Shown here piece by piece: positions 49,747 through 58,717 of a stretch of DNA of 64,000 nt. A program made the position numbers and the translations under genes. The notes below the pieces were generated by a model. It worked only from the letters and a program-made list of their open reading frames with translations, ran no database searches and was not told the DNA's origin. How positions within the stretch are numbered: position 1 is the first letter of the stretch; every line of letters begins with the position of its first letter. The stretch is from contig JACRNH010000002.1 of NCBI GenBank assembly GCA_016219325.1, positions 3,862-67,861 on the forward strand, given 5' to 3'. Origin of the DNA: Candidatus Collierbacteria bacterium. GTDB taxonomy: Bacteria; Patescibacteriota; Microgenomatia; UBA1400; JACPES01.

Positions 49747-50856
49747 ATGCTAACTGTTTTGATATTTTTTATTCTCCTCTCGGTTCTGGTTCTGGTTCAT
49801 GAACTAGGGCATTTTATCGCAGCCAAAAAATTGGGTGTGGTGGCGGAAGAGTTCGGATTGGGATTACCGCCGAAAATAAGGAGGTTATTTACCTGGCAGG
49901 GGACTGAATTTACTCTTAATTGGTTGCCGTTGGGAGGGTTTGTGAAGATGAGGGGGGAGAATCGCGAAACAGAAAACAATGAGCAAAAAACAATGAGCAA
50001 TGAGGGTGACGGTTACTTTTATGCGCAGAAGCCGTGGAAGCGGGCGGTGATTTTGGTGGCCGGAGTGTTTATGAATTTGGTTTTGGGAGTGGCTGCATTT
50101 ACCGTGGTTTATACGGTTATGGGAATTCCGGAAGAAAGAGATGTAGTAGTAATTGACGGTGTGGCGCCGGGAAGTCCGGCGGAACGAGCACGATTAGAGC
50201 CGAATGATATCGTGCTCGAACTCAAATCTCAAAACTCAAATCTCAAAACTATTAAGACAGAACAATTTATTGAGTTGATCAATCAGAATAGGGGAGAAGA
50301 AGTTAAACTCGTTGTCAAGCGCGGAAGCGAGGATAAGGAGATTTCTATAACTCCCAGGGTTGAGTCAGAGACTCCGGCAGGGGAAGGGGCTTTGGGGGTG
50401 GCAATATCCAATATTCAGTTTATTCATTATCCTTGGTGGCAGATGCCGTTCCGGGCGTCCGTAACCGGGTTTAAGGAAGCTTTGGCGTGGGGAGGAAACA
50501 TCGTCGGAGGATTGGGGAAAATGCTGGTTGATTTAATAGCTCACGGCAAAGTCCCAAATGACGTTGCCGGTCCAGTTGGAATTGCTAGAATTACCGGAGA
50601 AGTTGCCAAAAGAGGCTGGATTCCGTTATTCCAGCTAGCCGGAATTTTATCAATCAATTTGGCGGTGGTGAATATTCTGCCGATTCCGGCTTTAGACGGC
50701 GGCCGGCTGTTATTTTTAGGCATAGAAAAACTGCGGGGCAAGCCGATGGATCCCAAAAAAGAGCGCTTAATCCACTTAGCCGGTTACGCGGTGCTGCTGG
50801 GCTTGATTGTGTTGATAACTTTTCGCGATATATCAATGGCGGTCTCCGGGAAATAA
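49747..50856 (+). CDS. rseP: RIP metalloprotease RseP (M50 + PDZ)
   Basis: HELGH, NWLPLGGFV, PGSPA, NILPIPALDGG. Confidence 0.93.
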   Translation: MLTVLIFFILLSVLVLVHELGHFIAAKKLGVVAEEFGLGLPPKIRRLFTWQGTEFTLNWLPLGGFVKMRGENRETENNEQKTMSNEGDGYFYAQKPWKRAVILVAGVFMNLVLGVAAFTVVYTVMGIPEERDVVVIDGVAPGSPAERARLEPNDIVLELKSQNSNLKTIKTEQFIELINQNRGEEVKLVVKRGSEDKEISITPRVESETPAGEGALGVAISNIQFIHYPWWQMPFRASVTGFKEALAWGGNIVGGLGKMLVDLIAHGKVPNDVAGPVGIARITGEVAKRGWIPLFQLAGILSINLAVVNILPIPALDGGRLLFLGIEKLRGKPMDPKKERLIHLAGYAVLLGLIVLITFRDISMAVSGK

Positions 50857-51635
50857 TGAATTCATTGGTGTTGAAAATTGCCGGTTTAAATTTGGAATTG
50901 AGATTCAATCGTAAAGACTGGTTTGCTTTTTGCCGCGGAAAATACATGAAGTTTTGGTCCTCTGATAATGGCAAAATTGACATGTCAATTTTGGTCGAAA
51001 CGGGATCTTTAAAAAATAAAAAAGTTGCGGCCAGAATAAAATATTTTTCGAAAAGTTCTGCCGAGCTGTTATTCAACCGGGATTTAGAAAATGATTTTCT
51101 GATATTTAATTTCCTGATTAAAAAAGTTTTTGCCGGAACGCTTTTGCTAAATGACGGATTAATGATTCATGCTTCCTCCGCAGCGATTAACGGCCAGGCG
51201 GTTTTATTCGCAGGTGAATCGGGAAAAGGAAAATCGACGATTGTTAACAAACTAAACTGCCGGATTTTGGCAAACGACAGAAGTATTTTAAGATTTGAAA
51301 ACGGTGTTTCGTTGGTTTTTTGTTCCCCGTTTTATGAACAGGATGACTTTCCAAAAGTCAATATCAGTTGCCCACTGTCGGCGATTTTTTTATTGGAAAA
51401 GAAAAATACTGCTAAAATAAATTTTGCAAAACTTGATAAGGGTGAGGCAATATTCAGGCTTATGCCGCAAGCTGTTGTTAGGGAGGATAGCCCGGGATTG
51501 TCAATAAATCGTCAAGCAGATCTAGCTTTCGGACTGGCTGAAAAATTGGCAAAGAAAATCGGCGTGTATACTTTGTCTTATCCTCTTAATCAGTTTTCCT
51601 TTTTGAAAAAAATGTTAAATGAAAATCAATTTTAA
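50856..51635 (+). CDS. HprK-related kinase
   Basis: IHASS..INGQAVLFAGESGKGKST P-loop, LANDR, SPF. Confidence 0.8.
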   Translation: MNSLVLKIAGLNLELRFNRKDWFAFCRGKYMKFWSSDNGKIDMSILVETGSLKNKKVAARIKYFSKSSAELLFNRDLENDFLIFNFLIKKVFAGTLLLNDGLMIHASSAAINGQAVLFAGESGKGKSTIVNKLNCRILANDRSILRFENGVSLVFCSPFYEQDDFPKVNISCPLSAIFLLEKKNTAKINFAKLDKGEAIFRLMPQAVVREDSPGLSINRQADLAFGLAEKLAKKIGVYTLSYPLNQFSFLKKMLNENQF

Positions 51636-51927
51636 GACGGTCATCAGGCAAAACAGTAACGTTGTCTCTCATAAATTCAGGAACAAGGTTTATTTACTGG
51701 ACCCGAAATCTAACGAAGTCAGAATTTTAAATGAAAGCGCCGGGCTGATTTGGGAAGCTTTTGAAAAACCTAAAAAAGTATCGCAAGCGGTTAAGGCTTT
51801 GGCCGAGTTCTATAATTTACCCGGAAAGAATGTTAAAAATGACGCATTTGAATTTATCCGGGAGTATTTTAAATTGAAGTTGTTGAATGTTGTAAAACAA
51901 AGCCTAACTCCACCAAGCCAATTTTGA
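51619..51927 (+). CDS. PqqD-family / RiPP recognition element protein
   Basis: VYLLDP....ILNESAGLIWE..........LAEFY.......NDAFEFI. Confidence 0.85.
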   Translation: MKINFKTVIRQNSNVVSHKFRNKVYLLDPKSNEVRILNESAGLIWEAFEKPKKVSQAVKALAEFYNLPGKNVKNDAFEFIREYFKLKLLNVVKQSLTPPSQF

Positions 51928-52065
51928 GCCGTTATAAGAGTACGTAAAATCTCCGGGATTGGCGGATATATATCCGGCGTTGCCCGCCAAGGTTAATTTT
52001 TCCACCCTGTCTTTCGGAGGTGAATACAATCTTTTTTTATTTGTTTTTCTGGATTTAATTTTCAT
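51904..52065 (-). CDS. putative RiPP precursor peptide (53 aa; below the ORF-track cutoff)
   Basis: MKIKSRKTNKKRLYSPPKDRVEKLTLAGNAGYISANPGDFTYSYNGSKLAWWS*, translated by hand; YxxP leader motif. Confidence 0.7.
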   Translation of the reverse strand: MKIKSRKTNKKRLYSPPKDRVEKLTLAGNAGYISANPGDFTYSYNGSKLAWWS

Positions 52066-52093
52066 AGTTTATGATAACAATAATAATATACTT

Positions 52094-52110
52094 TTGACAT
52101 ATAGTGTCAA
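52094..52110. promoter_or_regulatory. palindromic pair of -35 hexamers between divergent genes
   Basis: TTGACA-TATAG-TGTCAA. Confidence 0.55.
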
Positions 52111-52121
52111 CTTTAAATTTA

Positions 52122-52547
52122 ATGATACCAAAACAGACGGAAAATTATTTCAGGTTAAAAATATTCAACAAATCATCGGGCGGAATTTTCAAGATGGTTA
52201 TCAGGGGAAACAGTATGTGGCCGTTTTTAAGGCACGGACAGGAGATTACGGTTAGAAAGTTGAAGGAAAACGAGTCGTGCCGGATTGGAGATATCGTGGT
52301 TATAAAAATTAGGAATTTCTTTTTGATCCATAGAGTTCTGTTAAGAAAGAAAACAAAAGATGGTGGGGGCTATGAATATTTTACGAAAGGTGATAGGAGG
52401 TTGGTTGGCGATGGGTGGATAAAGAATAAGAATATTGTCGGTCGAATACCGACAGGGAAAACACAAAGAGTATTTGGTTATTTAACAGCTTGTTACTCTT
52501 TTGCCCTGCTTCTCATTGGGGAAATAATTAACAGAAGAAACGCCTGA
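52122..52547 (+). CDS. S24/S26-family peptidase-like protein
   Basis: IRGNSMWPFL, GDIVV, IHRV, TKGD (Ser-His-Asp, archaeal SPase-like). Confidence 0.82.
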   Translation: MIPKQTENYFRLKIFNKSSGGIFKMVIRGNSMWPFLRHGQEITVRKLKENESCRIGDIVVIKIRNFFLIHRVLLRKKTKDGGGYEYFTKGDRRLVGDGWIKNKNIVGRIPTGKTQRVFGYLTACYSFALLLIGEIINRRNA

Positions 52548-53365
52548 ATCTTTTGCAGAATAGATTGATTGGCAATCAAAAGCCTAAGGAAAATATTGTA
52601 GCGGAATCTAAGATGCATATTGCGGATTGGCGATTTTACGGTGTGGGAATTGATAAACAACGGAACCAATGAGCTAAGGATATTTTTGGGTTTTAATTTT
52701 AATAAGACGGAATTAGGCACATTTGCTTTTGCGGTTTGCTTAGATAGAAGCAGAGGATAATAAGCGAATTCTTTTAAATTCCATGAAGCAAGTCTTGAAA
52801 TAACGATTTCCCAATTAATATCTAGATTTCTTGTAATTAATGAAATATCAAAAGACTGATGCTGATTTCGGCAACTATGATGGAAGAAAAAGTTAAGGCA
52901 TTGATGAAGGAGCATGTCCTCATTTTCCAAAATCAGAAATTTATTTCTTTGAAAGATAATTGATTGCGCCCGCCTGATAAATTCAGAAGTGATTCGTTTT
53001 ACTAACTTTGGAGGCAGAACATTAAAAATATACTTTGTGGGAAAAAATATCTGATTATGAATATCGCAAACAATCGTTGCTCTTGGCAATTTCTTTACAA
53101 AGTTTATTTGTGGCCTTAATGATGGTTGTTGATAGAAACGGTGTTTTGAATAGCCTAAGGATTTAAGAATAAGATTGACTTTAGAAAACGAGCTATTAGG
53201 AATTAGGATATCGATATCAACAGGATGTATTTTGGGCCATCGGCCGGTTAAGAAATAATATTGGGTAATTCCTTTTAGATATACCGCCTGAACCCCTTTG
53301 CGGTTTAGGGCGCGCTGGAGTTTAAGCAATTCATCGACGTAGATAAGTAATTTTTCCTCAATCAT
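52493..53365 (-). CDS. nucleotidyltransferase (NTP_transf_5-like)
   Basis: YLKG, DIDILI, LGY, DIH, H...H motifs. Confidence 0.82.
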   Translation of the reverse strand: MIEEKLLIYVDELLKLQRALNRKGVQAVYLKGITQYYFLTGRWPKIHPVDIDILIPNSSFSKVNLILKSLGYSKHRFYQQPSLRPQINFVKKLPRATIVCDIHNQIFFPTKYIFNVLPPKLVKRITSEFIRRAQSIIFQRNKFLILENEDMLLHQCLNFFFHHSCRNQHQSFDISLITRNLDINWEIVISRLASWNLKEFAYYPLLLSKQTAKANVPNSVLLKLKPKNILSSLVPLFINSHTVKSPIRNMHLRFRYNIFLRLLIANQSILQKIQAFLLLIISPMRSRAKE

Positions 53366-53404
53366 TTTGTCGGGAGAAAATGATTAATGTGAAAGTCAAA
53401 TAAT

Positions 53405-54116
53405 TTAACGAACAAAGCCCTGCCGTATTTCTTGTTTAATATTACCTTTTGATAAACAATTTAGAATCAATTCCCAATCTCCGCAAAATTTATATTTAGG
53501 ATTAAATCGTAATCCTTGGACCGCAGATTTTCGGAAAACCATATGTGAAAGTTGTCCAAGAAACGGAGCGGAGCGGGGAAGACGCTTTTGGTTAAATAAG
53601 CAGGAAGCAATTTTAAGTAAATCTTTAAATATATTGACCAATTTAAGTCGGAATATTCTTTGTGGCGGCCAATCTTTCGGATAAATCTTTTGGGACAGGC
53701 AAACGGTCGCTATCTTTAAGTCGGAATATTCTTTGTGGCGGCCAATCTTTCGGATAAATCTTTTGGGACAGGCAAACGGTCGCTATCGTGGATTGATCGT
53801 TTTGCAAATATCGCAGAGAAACTTTAAGAAAATCTTTATTCCAAATGTCATCCGAGTCAAGAAATGCAATATAATCGCCTTTGGCATATTGGAACCCTGA
53901 ATTTCTGGCAGCCATAGAACCTTTTGATTTATTGATTCTAACAATTTTGACATGACCGCTAAAAGTTTTTAGTTGAGAAGAAAGCGGGGGTTGCGATCCG
54001 TCATCAACAATGATTATTTCCGTGGGAATATTTTGAGATAATACCGATCCGATCGTTTTCCGTAATAAGGCAACTCTGTTTTTAGCCGGAATAATGACTG
54101 AAGTTGCAAGAGACAT
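53405..54116 (-). pseudogene. GT2 glycosyltransferase frameshifted by a 73-bp tandem duplication
   Basis: SVIIPAKNR, IIVDDGS, ARNSG, FLDSDD; continuation contains GDWEL; duplication 53642-53787. Confidence 0.82.
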
Positions 54117-54220
54117 GATATAGTGATCAGCTTAATTTGACTATATTATATGATTGTCTCTCAGGGCATAGAATTTTTGCTGATTATGACTAAAAGAAAT
54201 AAGTATAACTGCTTAGAACA

Positions 54221-55201
54221 ATGAGCTATTATCCTACAATTGCAATTGTTGGATGTGGGGCTATTGTTGAAACATTTTATTTGCCATCGTTTCATAAATT
54301 GGGATATGCAAAGAATAAAATTATTCTTGTGGATACAAATAACGACAGGTTACATAAATTGGGGGATAAGTTTGAGTTAAAGAAGATGACCATTGACTAT
54401 AGAAAAATATTGAATAAAGTTGACGGTGTCATTATTACCACACCAAGCTACTTACATTTTGAGCAAACAATTCAATTTCTAAAGAACGGTGTTTATGTTT
54501 TAAGCGAAAAACCGCTTGTTACAAGTTTTTCTCAATATAAAAAGATCTTAAATTTAGAAGAGAAAAGTGGATATAAAATATTGATTAATCATACAAAGAG
54601 ATTATTTCCAGTTTCTATTGAAATAAAAAATAAAATAAATTCTGGAGTAATTGGGAAACCATTGGGCTTTGACTACTCCGAAGGAGGACAGTTTACTTGG
54701 CCGACAGCGTCAGGATTTTATTTTCAATGGGATAAGGGTGTGTTAATTGATCGGGGATCTCACGCAGTTGATTTGGTTTGTTGGTGGTTGGGAAAACCAA
54801 AATCAATTAGTTATATAGATGATTCTTTTGGCGGAAGCGAAGCCGTAGCATTGTTGAATTTTAAGATTAATTCATGTAAAGGTAGAATAAAGTTTAATTT
54901 GTTCAATAAGCTATCTAATAAATATTATATTAAAGGCGCCAAGGGCGAAATTAGCGGTGATATTTACGATTTTACATCGTTTCTATTGACCAACTATTCT
55001 GATAAATCTACTGTTAAGATTACGCTTCCAACAAAGCAAAAGACCTACTTCGATTTTGCGGATATATTGATCAGAAATTTTATAGATATGATTTCTAATC
55101 ATGCTGATCCATTAATATCAGTTAGCGATATTAAAGATTCCGTTGAGACTATTGACTATTGTTATAGACACAGACAAAGATTTAACATGCCATGGTTTTA
55201 A
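54221..55201 (+). CDS. Gfo/Idh/MocA oxidoreductase
   Basis: IVGCGAI, EKPL, GVLIDRGSHAVD. Confidence 0.9.
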   Translation: MSYYPTIAIVGCGAIVETFYLPSFHKLGYAKNKIILVDTNNDRLHKLGDKFELKKMTIDYRKILNKVDGVIITTPSYLHFEQTIQFLKNGVYVLSEKPLVTSFSQYKKILNLEEKSGYKILINHTKRLFPVSIEIKNKINSGVIGKPLGFDYSEGGQFTWPTASGFYFQWDKGVLIDRGSHAVDLVCWWLGKPKSISYIDDSFGGSEAVALLNFKINSCKGRIKFNLFNKLSNKYYIKGAKGEISGDIYDFTSFLLTNYSDKSTVKITLPTKQKTYFDFADILIRNFIDMISNHADPLISVSDIKDSVETIDYCYRHRQRFNMPWF

Positions 55202-55203
55202 AA

Positions 55204-56259
55204 ATGGAGAAGAGGGTCATTTTTGTTACAGGCGCTACCGGTTTTATTGGGGGAAGAGTTATAGAAAAACTTTCTAATGATAATAAGAATACGGTTATAG
55301 CAGGAGTCCATAATTGGAGTAACGCCGCCCGAATTGGACGGTTTCCGATAATAATGAGGCATTGCGACGTTTTAAATTTGCCCAGTCTAAAAAAAACTTT
55401 GAACGGTGTTACTCATATAATTCATTGTGCCGCAGGCTCAGACGAAATTATTATTAAAGGTACAAGTAATATCCTTAATGCCGCAATGGGGCTAAAGGTT
55501 AAAAGATTAATAAACCTTAGCAGTGCTGCTGTATATGGAAAAATTTCAGGATTAATTGATGAATCTGTTGTGCCTAACCCGATTGATCAATACGGTAAGG
55601 CAAAGCTTTGTGGCGAAAAAGAATGTTTTAAATATATGCTTCAGAGAGTGCCAATCGTAATATTGCGGCCATCAATAGTATACGGTCCGTTTAGCCAAAA
55701 ATGGACAATTGGAATTGGCAGGCAAATACTTCGAAAAAAAATCGGTTTGTCGTCAGGGTTTGAGGGGAAATGTAATTTATTATACGTCGATGATTTAATT
55801 GATGCAATCTTCTTATCTTTACATAAAGAAGAGGCGGTAAGTGAAACATTCAATGTTAATGGTCCGGAAATTGTGAGCTGGAATGATTATTTTAGAATTT
55901 TTAATAGATTGTTATCATCCGAAGCGCTCATCAGCATAAAACACACAGAATACCTTAGATTAATGGTTGCGGCTAATTTTTTAGGTCCAGTTAAAATAGC
56001 GGCTAAATTAGCTCTAGCCAAGCAGGAATCGTTAATCAGATTTATTTATAGAAGATTTCAATTAATGAGAAAAATTATGGATGGGGTTGAAAACGAAATT
56101 AAATTAAACATTAATTCGTCTGACCTTAGATTATTCCAGCTTCGCGCAATTTATGAAACCAAAAAGATAAATCGCGTTTTAAAATTTAAACCGAGAACCA
56201 GTATTGAAACTGGATTAAAAAAGACGATTGCGTGGATGAAACATGTTGAAATCATCTAG
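55204..56259 (+). CDS. NAD-dependent epimerase/dehydratase
   Basis: VTGATGFIG, SSAAVYG, YGKAK, RPSIVYGP. Confidence 0.92.
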   Translation: MEKRVIFVTGATGFIGGRVIEKLSNDNKNTVIAGVHNWSNAARIGRFPIIMRHCDVLNLPSLKKTLNGVTHIIHCAAGSDEIIIKGTSNILNAAMGLKVKRLINLSSAAVYGKISGLIDESVVPNPIDQYGKAKLCGEKECFKYMLQRVPIVILRPSIVYGPFSQKWTIGIGRQILRKKIGLSSGFEGKCNLLYVDDLIDAIFLSLHKEEAVSETFNVNGPEIVSWNDYFRIFNRLLSSEALISIKHTEYLRLMVAANFLGPVKIAAKLALAKQESLIRFIYRRFQLMRKIMDGVENEIKLNINSSDLRLFQLRAIYETKKINRVLKFKPRTSIETGLKKTIAWMKHVEII

Positions 56260-56275
56260 ATTTTTCTTGGGTCAC

Positions 56276-57523
56276 ATGACCACCAATATCAAGCCGACCA
56301 TAATCTTCATTACTCAGCTTTATCCATTTCCTCCGGATACAGGTGGAAAATTTAAAACATTTGGGACGATAAAAGCTTTGCGAGATTTAGGCTGCAAGAT
56401 TAAATTATTTTCCTTCTGGGATAGTAGAAGTCCGTTTTACATGAAAATGAGTAAGCCACTGAAGGGGATTGAATCTAATATTATTTATAGCTCAATAATT
56501 GATGATTTACACCCTTTATATAAATATTGGAAGGTATTTTTATCAATTTTTTCGTTTTTCCCCTATAGGGTAAGAAAGTTCTATTCCAAAGGAATCATTA
56601 AGACAATTAAAAAAGACGTACCAAATTTGGAGAATCCCTCTATTATTTATTTAGATCACTTATCTTCATGTATTTATTTATTTAAAAATACCCCTGCCTA
56701 TTATCAGAAAATTTATGATGCTCATGATTTTGAGTCAGAAATAATCTATCATAGGATCAGGAATTCAAAAAGCTTCATTAGAAAAATTTTCCTTTATCTA
56801 GAATATCTCAAGCTTAAGAAATTTGAAAAAAAAGCTTTGATGGCGGCAGATAAGGTCTTTGCAATAAATGAGCCGTTAAAATTGAGATTGGAGACCCTTT
56901 CATCTCGCACCGTATTAACATCATCGGTCGCTGTTTTTGGGAGTAAATCCCTTAGGCTAAATAAAAATAAACCCGAAGGTAAAAGAATAGTTACTTTTAT
57001 TGGCACCTTATCATGGGAGGAAAATTTAGAAGGGATTGATTGGTTTATTTCTAAGGTCTGGGGGATGGTAAAAAGAATTGTTAAAGAGGCAGAATTTAAT
57101 ATTGTTGGGAGTTATGGGAATGAAAAGTTGCGAAAAAAATTCTCAAAATACGAGGGAGTAAATTATTTAGGTTATAAAAAGGATTTAAGGGAGATCTATC
57201 AACAAACTTCCGTTGGGATAGTTCCTATTTTTTCTGACTCCGGAGTAAAAATTAAATTTTTAAATTTTATTTTTAATTCAATACCGGTGGTGTCAACATC
57301 TATGAGTGCTGCCGGAATACTGGGGGTTAAGGATTCAGTTAATTGTTTTATTGCAGATAGGCCTGAGGAATTTGCTGAAAGAATAATAACTCTACTTCAG
57401 GATAAAAAGTTACGGACTAGTATGGTCACAAAGGGTAAAAAACTTACTTCACGTTATTATTCGGAAAAAAGCTTAAGAGAATTTTTTAAAAAAACATTGG
57501 CTCTATCTCGTCGAAGCGATTGA
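56276..57523 (+). CDS. GT4 glycosyltransferase
   Basis: YPFPPDTGG, SGVKIK, PVVST. Confidence 0.85.
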   Translation: MTTNIKPTIIFITQLYPFPPDTGGKFKTFGTIKALRDLGCKIKLFSFWDSRSPFYMKMSKPLKGIESNIIYSSIIDDLHPLYKYWKVFLSIFSFFPYRVRKFYSKGIIKTIKKDVPNLENPSIIYLDHLSSCIYLFKNTPAYYQKIYDAHDFESEIIYHRIRNSKSFIRKIFLYLEYLKLKKFEKKALMAADKVFAINEPLKLRLETLSSRTVLTSSVAVFGSKSLRLNKNKPEGKRIVTFIGTLSWEENLEGIDWFISKVWGMVKRIVKEAEFNIVGSYGNEKLRKKFSKYEGVNYLGYKKDLREIYQQTSVGIVPIFSDSGVKIKFLNFIFNSIPVVSTSMSAAGILGVKDSVNCFIADRPEEFAERIITLLQDKKLRTSMVTKGKKLTSRYYSEKSLREFFKKTLALSRRSD

Positions 57524-58717
57524 TCCTCTGTAGATTTTTTCCAGTTTTTCGATTTTATCTTCCCATCTGAAGTGTTTCTCAATATATGATCTTGCAGTGA
57601 ACCCGATTGCTTGACAGAGATCGGGGTTACGCAGGAGGTTAACTACTGATTCTGCAAAATCAATTTCTTTGTCGGCAATTATTAATTCTTTTCCAGACTT
57701 AAAATTAAAATTCTTGCAAGATAGACTGGTCGCAACTACTGGTTTGGCTAACGCCATGGCCTCCATTAATTTATTATGAATGCCGGCTCCCATGATTAAC
57801 GGACATACAACTACGTGGACATCATTAAATGAATTTGCTAGATTTTCAACATAGCCGGTAATCTCTATGCGATTGTCTTTTGCTAAGTTAAGAATGGTTT
57901 TTGGCGGGGATGCTCCAATAATTTTAAACTTGATATTGGGAAATTGCTCGGCTATAAAAGGAAAAATTTTTTTATAGAAATATATAACTGCGGTTGAATT
58001 AGCAATATAACTAATTTTTCCAGAGAAGGCGATAGTTGGCTCTCTTTTGCAATTAAAGTTTTTAAAGCTTGGAGAAGGCGGAAATAATGTTAGGTCTACG
58101 CCATTTTCTATACTTGCGATTCTTTTAATTCCGCTGATTTTTTTTAGTAGTAATGCCTCATGATTAGTGCTAGTTATGACGTACCGAAATTTATTTAGGC
58201 GCTGTTTTTCAAATGCGAGTACACGTTTAGATTCCATAGCATAAATTTTTTTCCAAATTGAGCTTTCAACAGTACCTGCAAACTGTTTATAGAGATCACT
58301 GAAACAATCGACGGCATCAATAATAATAGGAATCAAATTATTCAGTCCCAAATCTCCCGAAACAGAGTTCGCCACCTTGAAGGTTTCAACATGTATGCAG
58401 TCGTATCTGTGGTTTTTTAGCAACTGTAAAATTAATATTTTTAGGCTCTTGGAGACAAAATAATGTTGCTGAAAAGGTTTTCCATCAAAGACCGACAAAG
58501 TCGTTCGCAGTTGGCGTAAAACACTGAAGTCTTTAACCAAATATTGCCTTATCCTATTGTTTTTTTGTAAGTCTTCCATTCCTATAATTTCTGCTGATGA
58601 AGAATATGGAGCTATAATATCTACGAAATGACCTCTATCGGCCAACCCAATTGCGAAATTCCGTAATCGAGTACGAATTGGATTTGGAGGATAAGGAGCA
58701 ATAAATAATATCTTCAT
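57503..58717 (-). CDS. GT4 glycosyltransferase
   Basis: ENGVD, GAGIHNKLMEAMALAKPVVAT. Confidence 0.9.
   Translation of the reverse strand: MKILFIAPYPPNPIRTRLRNFAIGLADRGHFVDIIAPYSSSAEIIGMEDLQKNNRIRQYLVKDFSVLRQLRTTLSVFDGKPFQQHYFVSKSLKILILQLLKNHRYDCIHVETFKVANSVSGDLGLNNLIPIIIDAVDCFSDLYKQFAGTVESSIWKKIYAMESKRVLAFEKQRLNKFRYVITSTNHEALLLKKISGIKRIASIENGVDLTLFPPSPSFKNFNCKREPTIAFSGKISYIANSTAVIYFYKKIFPFIAEQFPNIKFKIIGASPPKTILNLAKDNRIEITGYVENLANSFNDVHVVVCPLIMGAGIHNKLMEAMALAKPVVATSLSCKNFNFKSGKELIIADKEIDFAESVVNLLRNPDLCQAIGFTARSYIEKHFRWEDKIEKLEKIYRGSIASTR

Noticed and set aside
51959-52255. 98-aa plus-strand ORF
   Set aside because: TTG start, no motifs, overlaps the peptidase out of frame and lies antisense to the better-supported precursor
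50856-53365. Canonical lasso peptide cluster
   Set aside because: No asparagine-synthetase-like cyclase or B2 peptidase nearby; no Asp/Glu at core positions 7-9 for the Thr(-2) cleavage site
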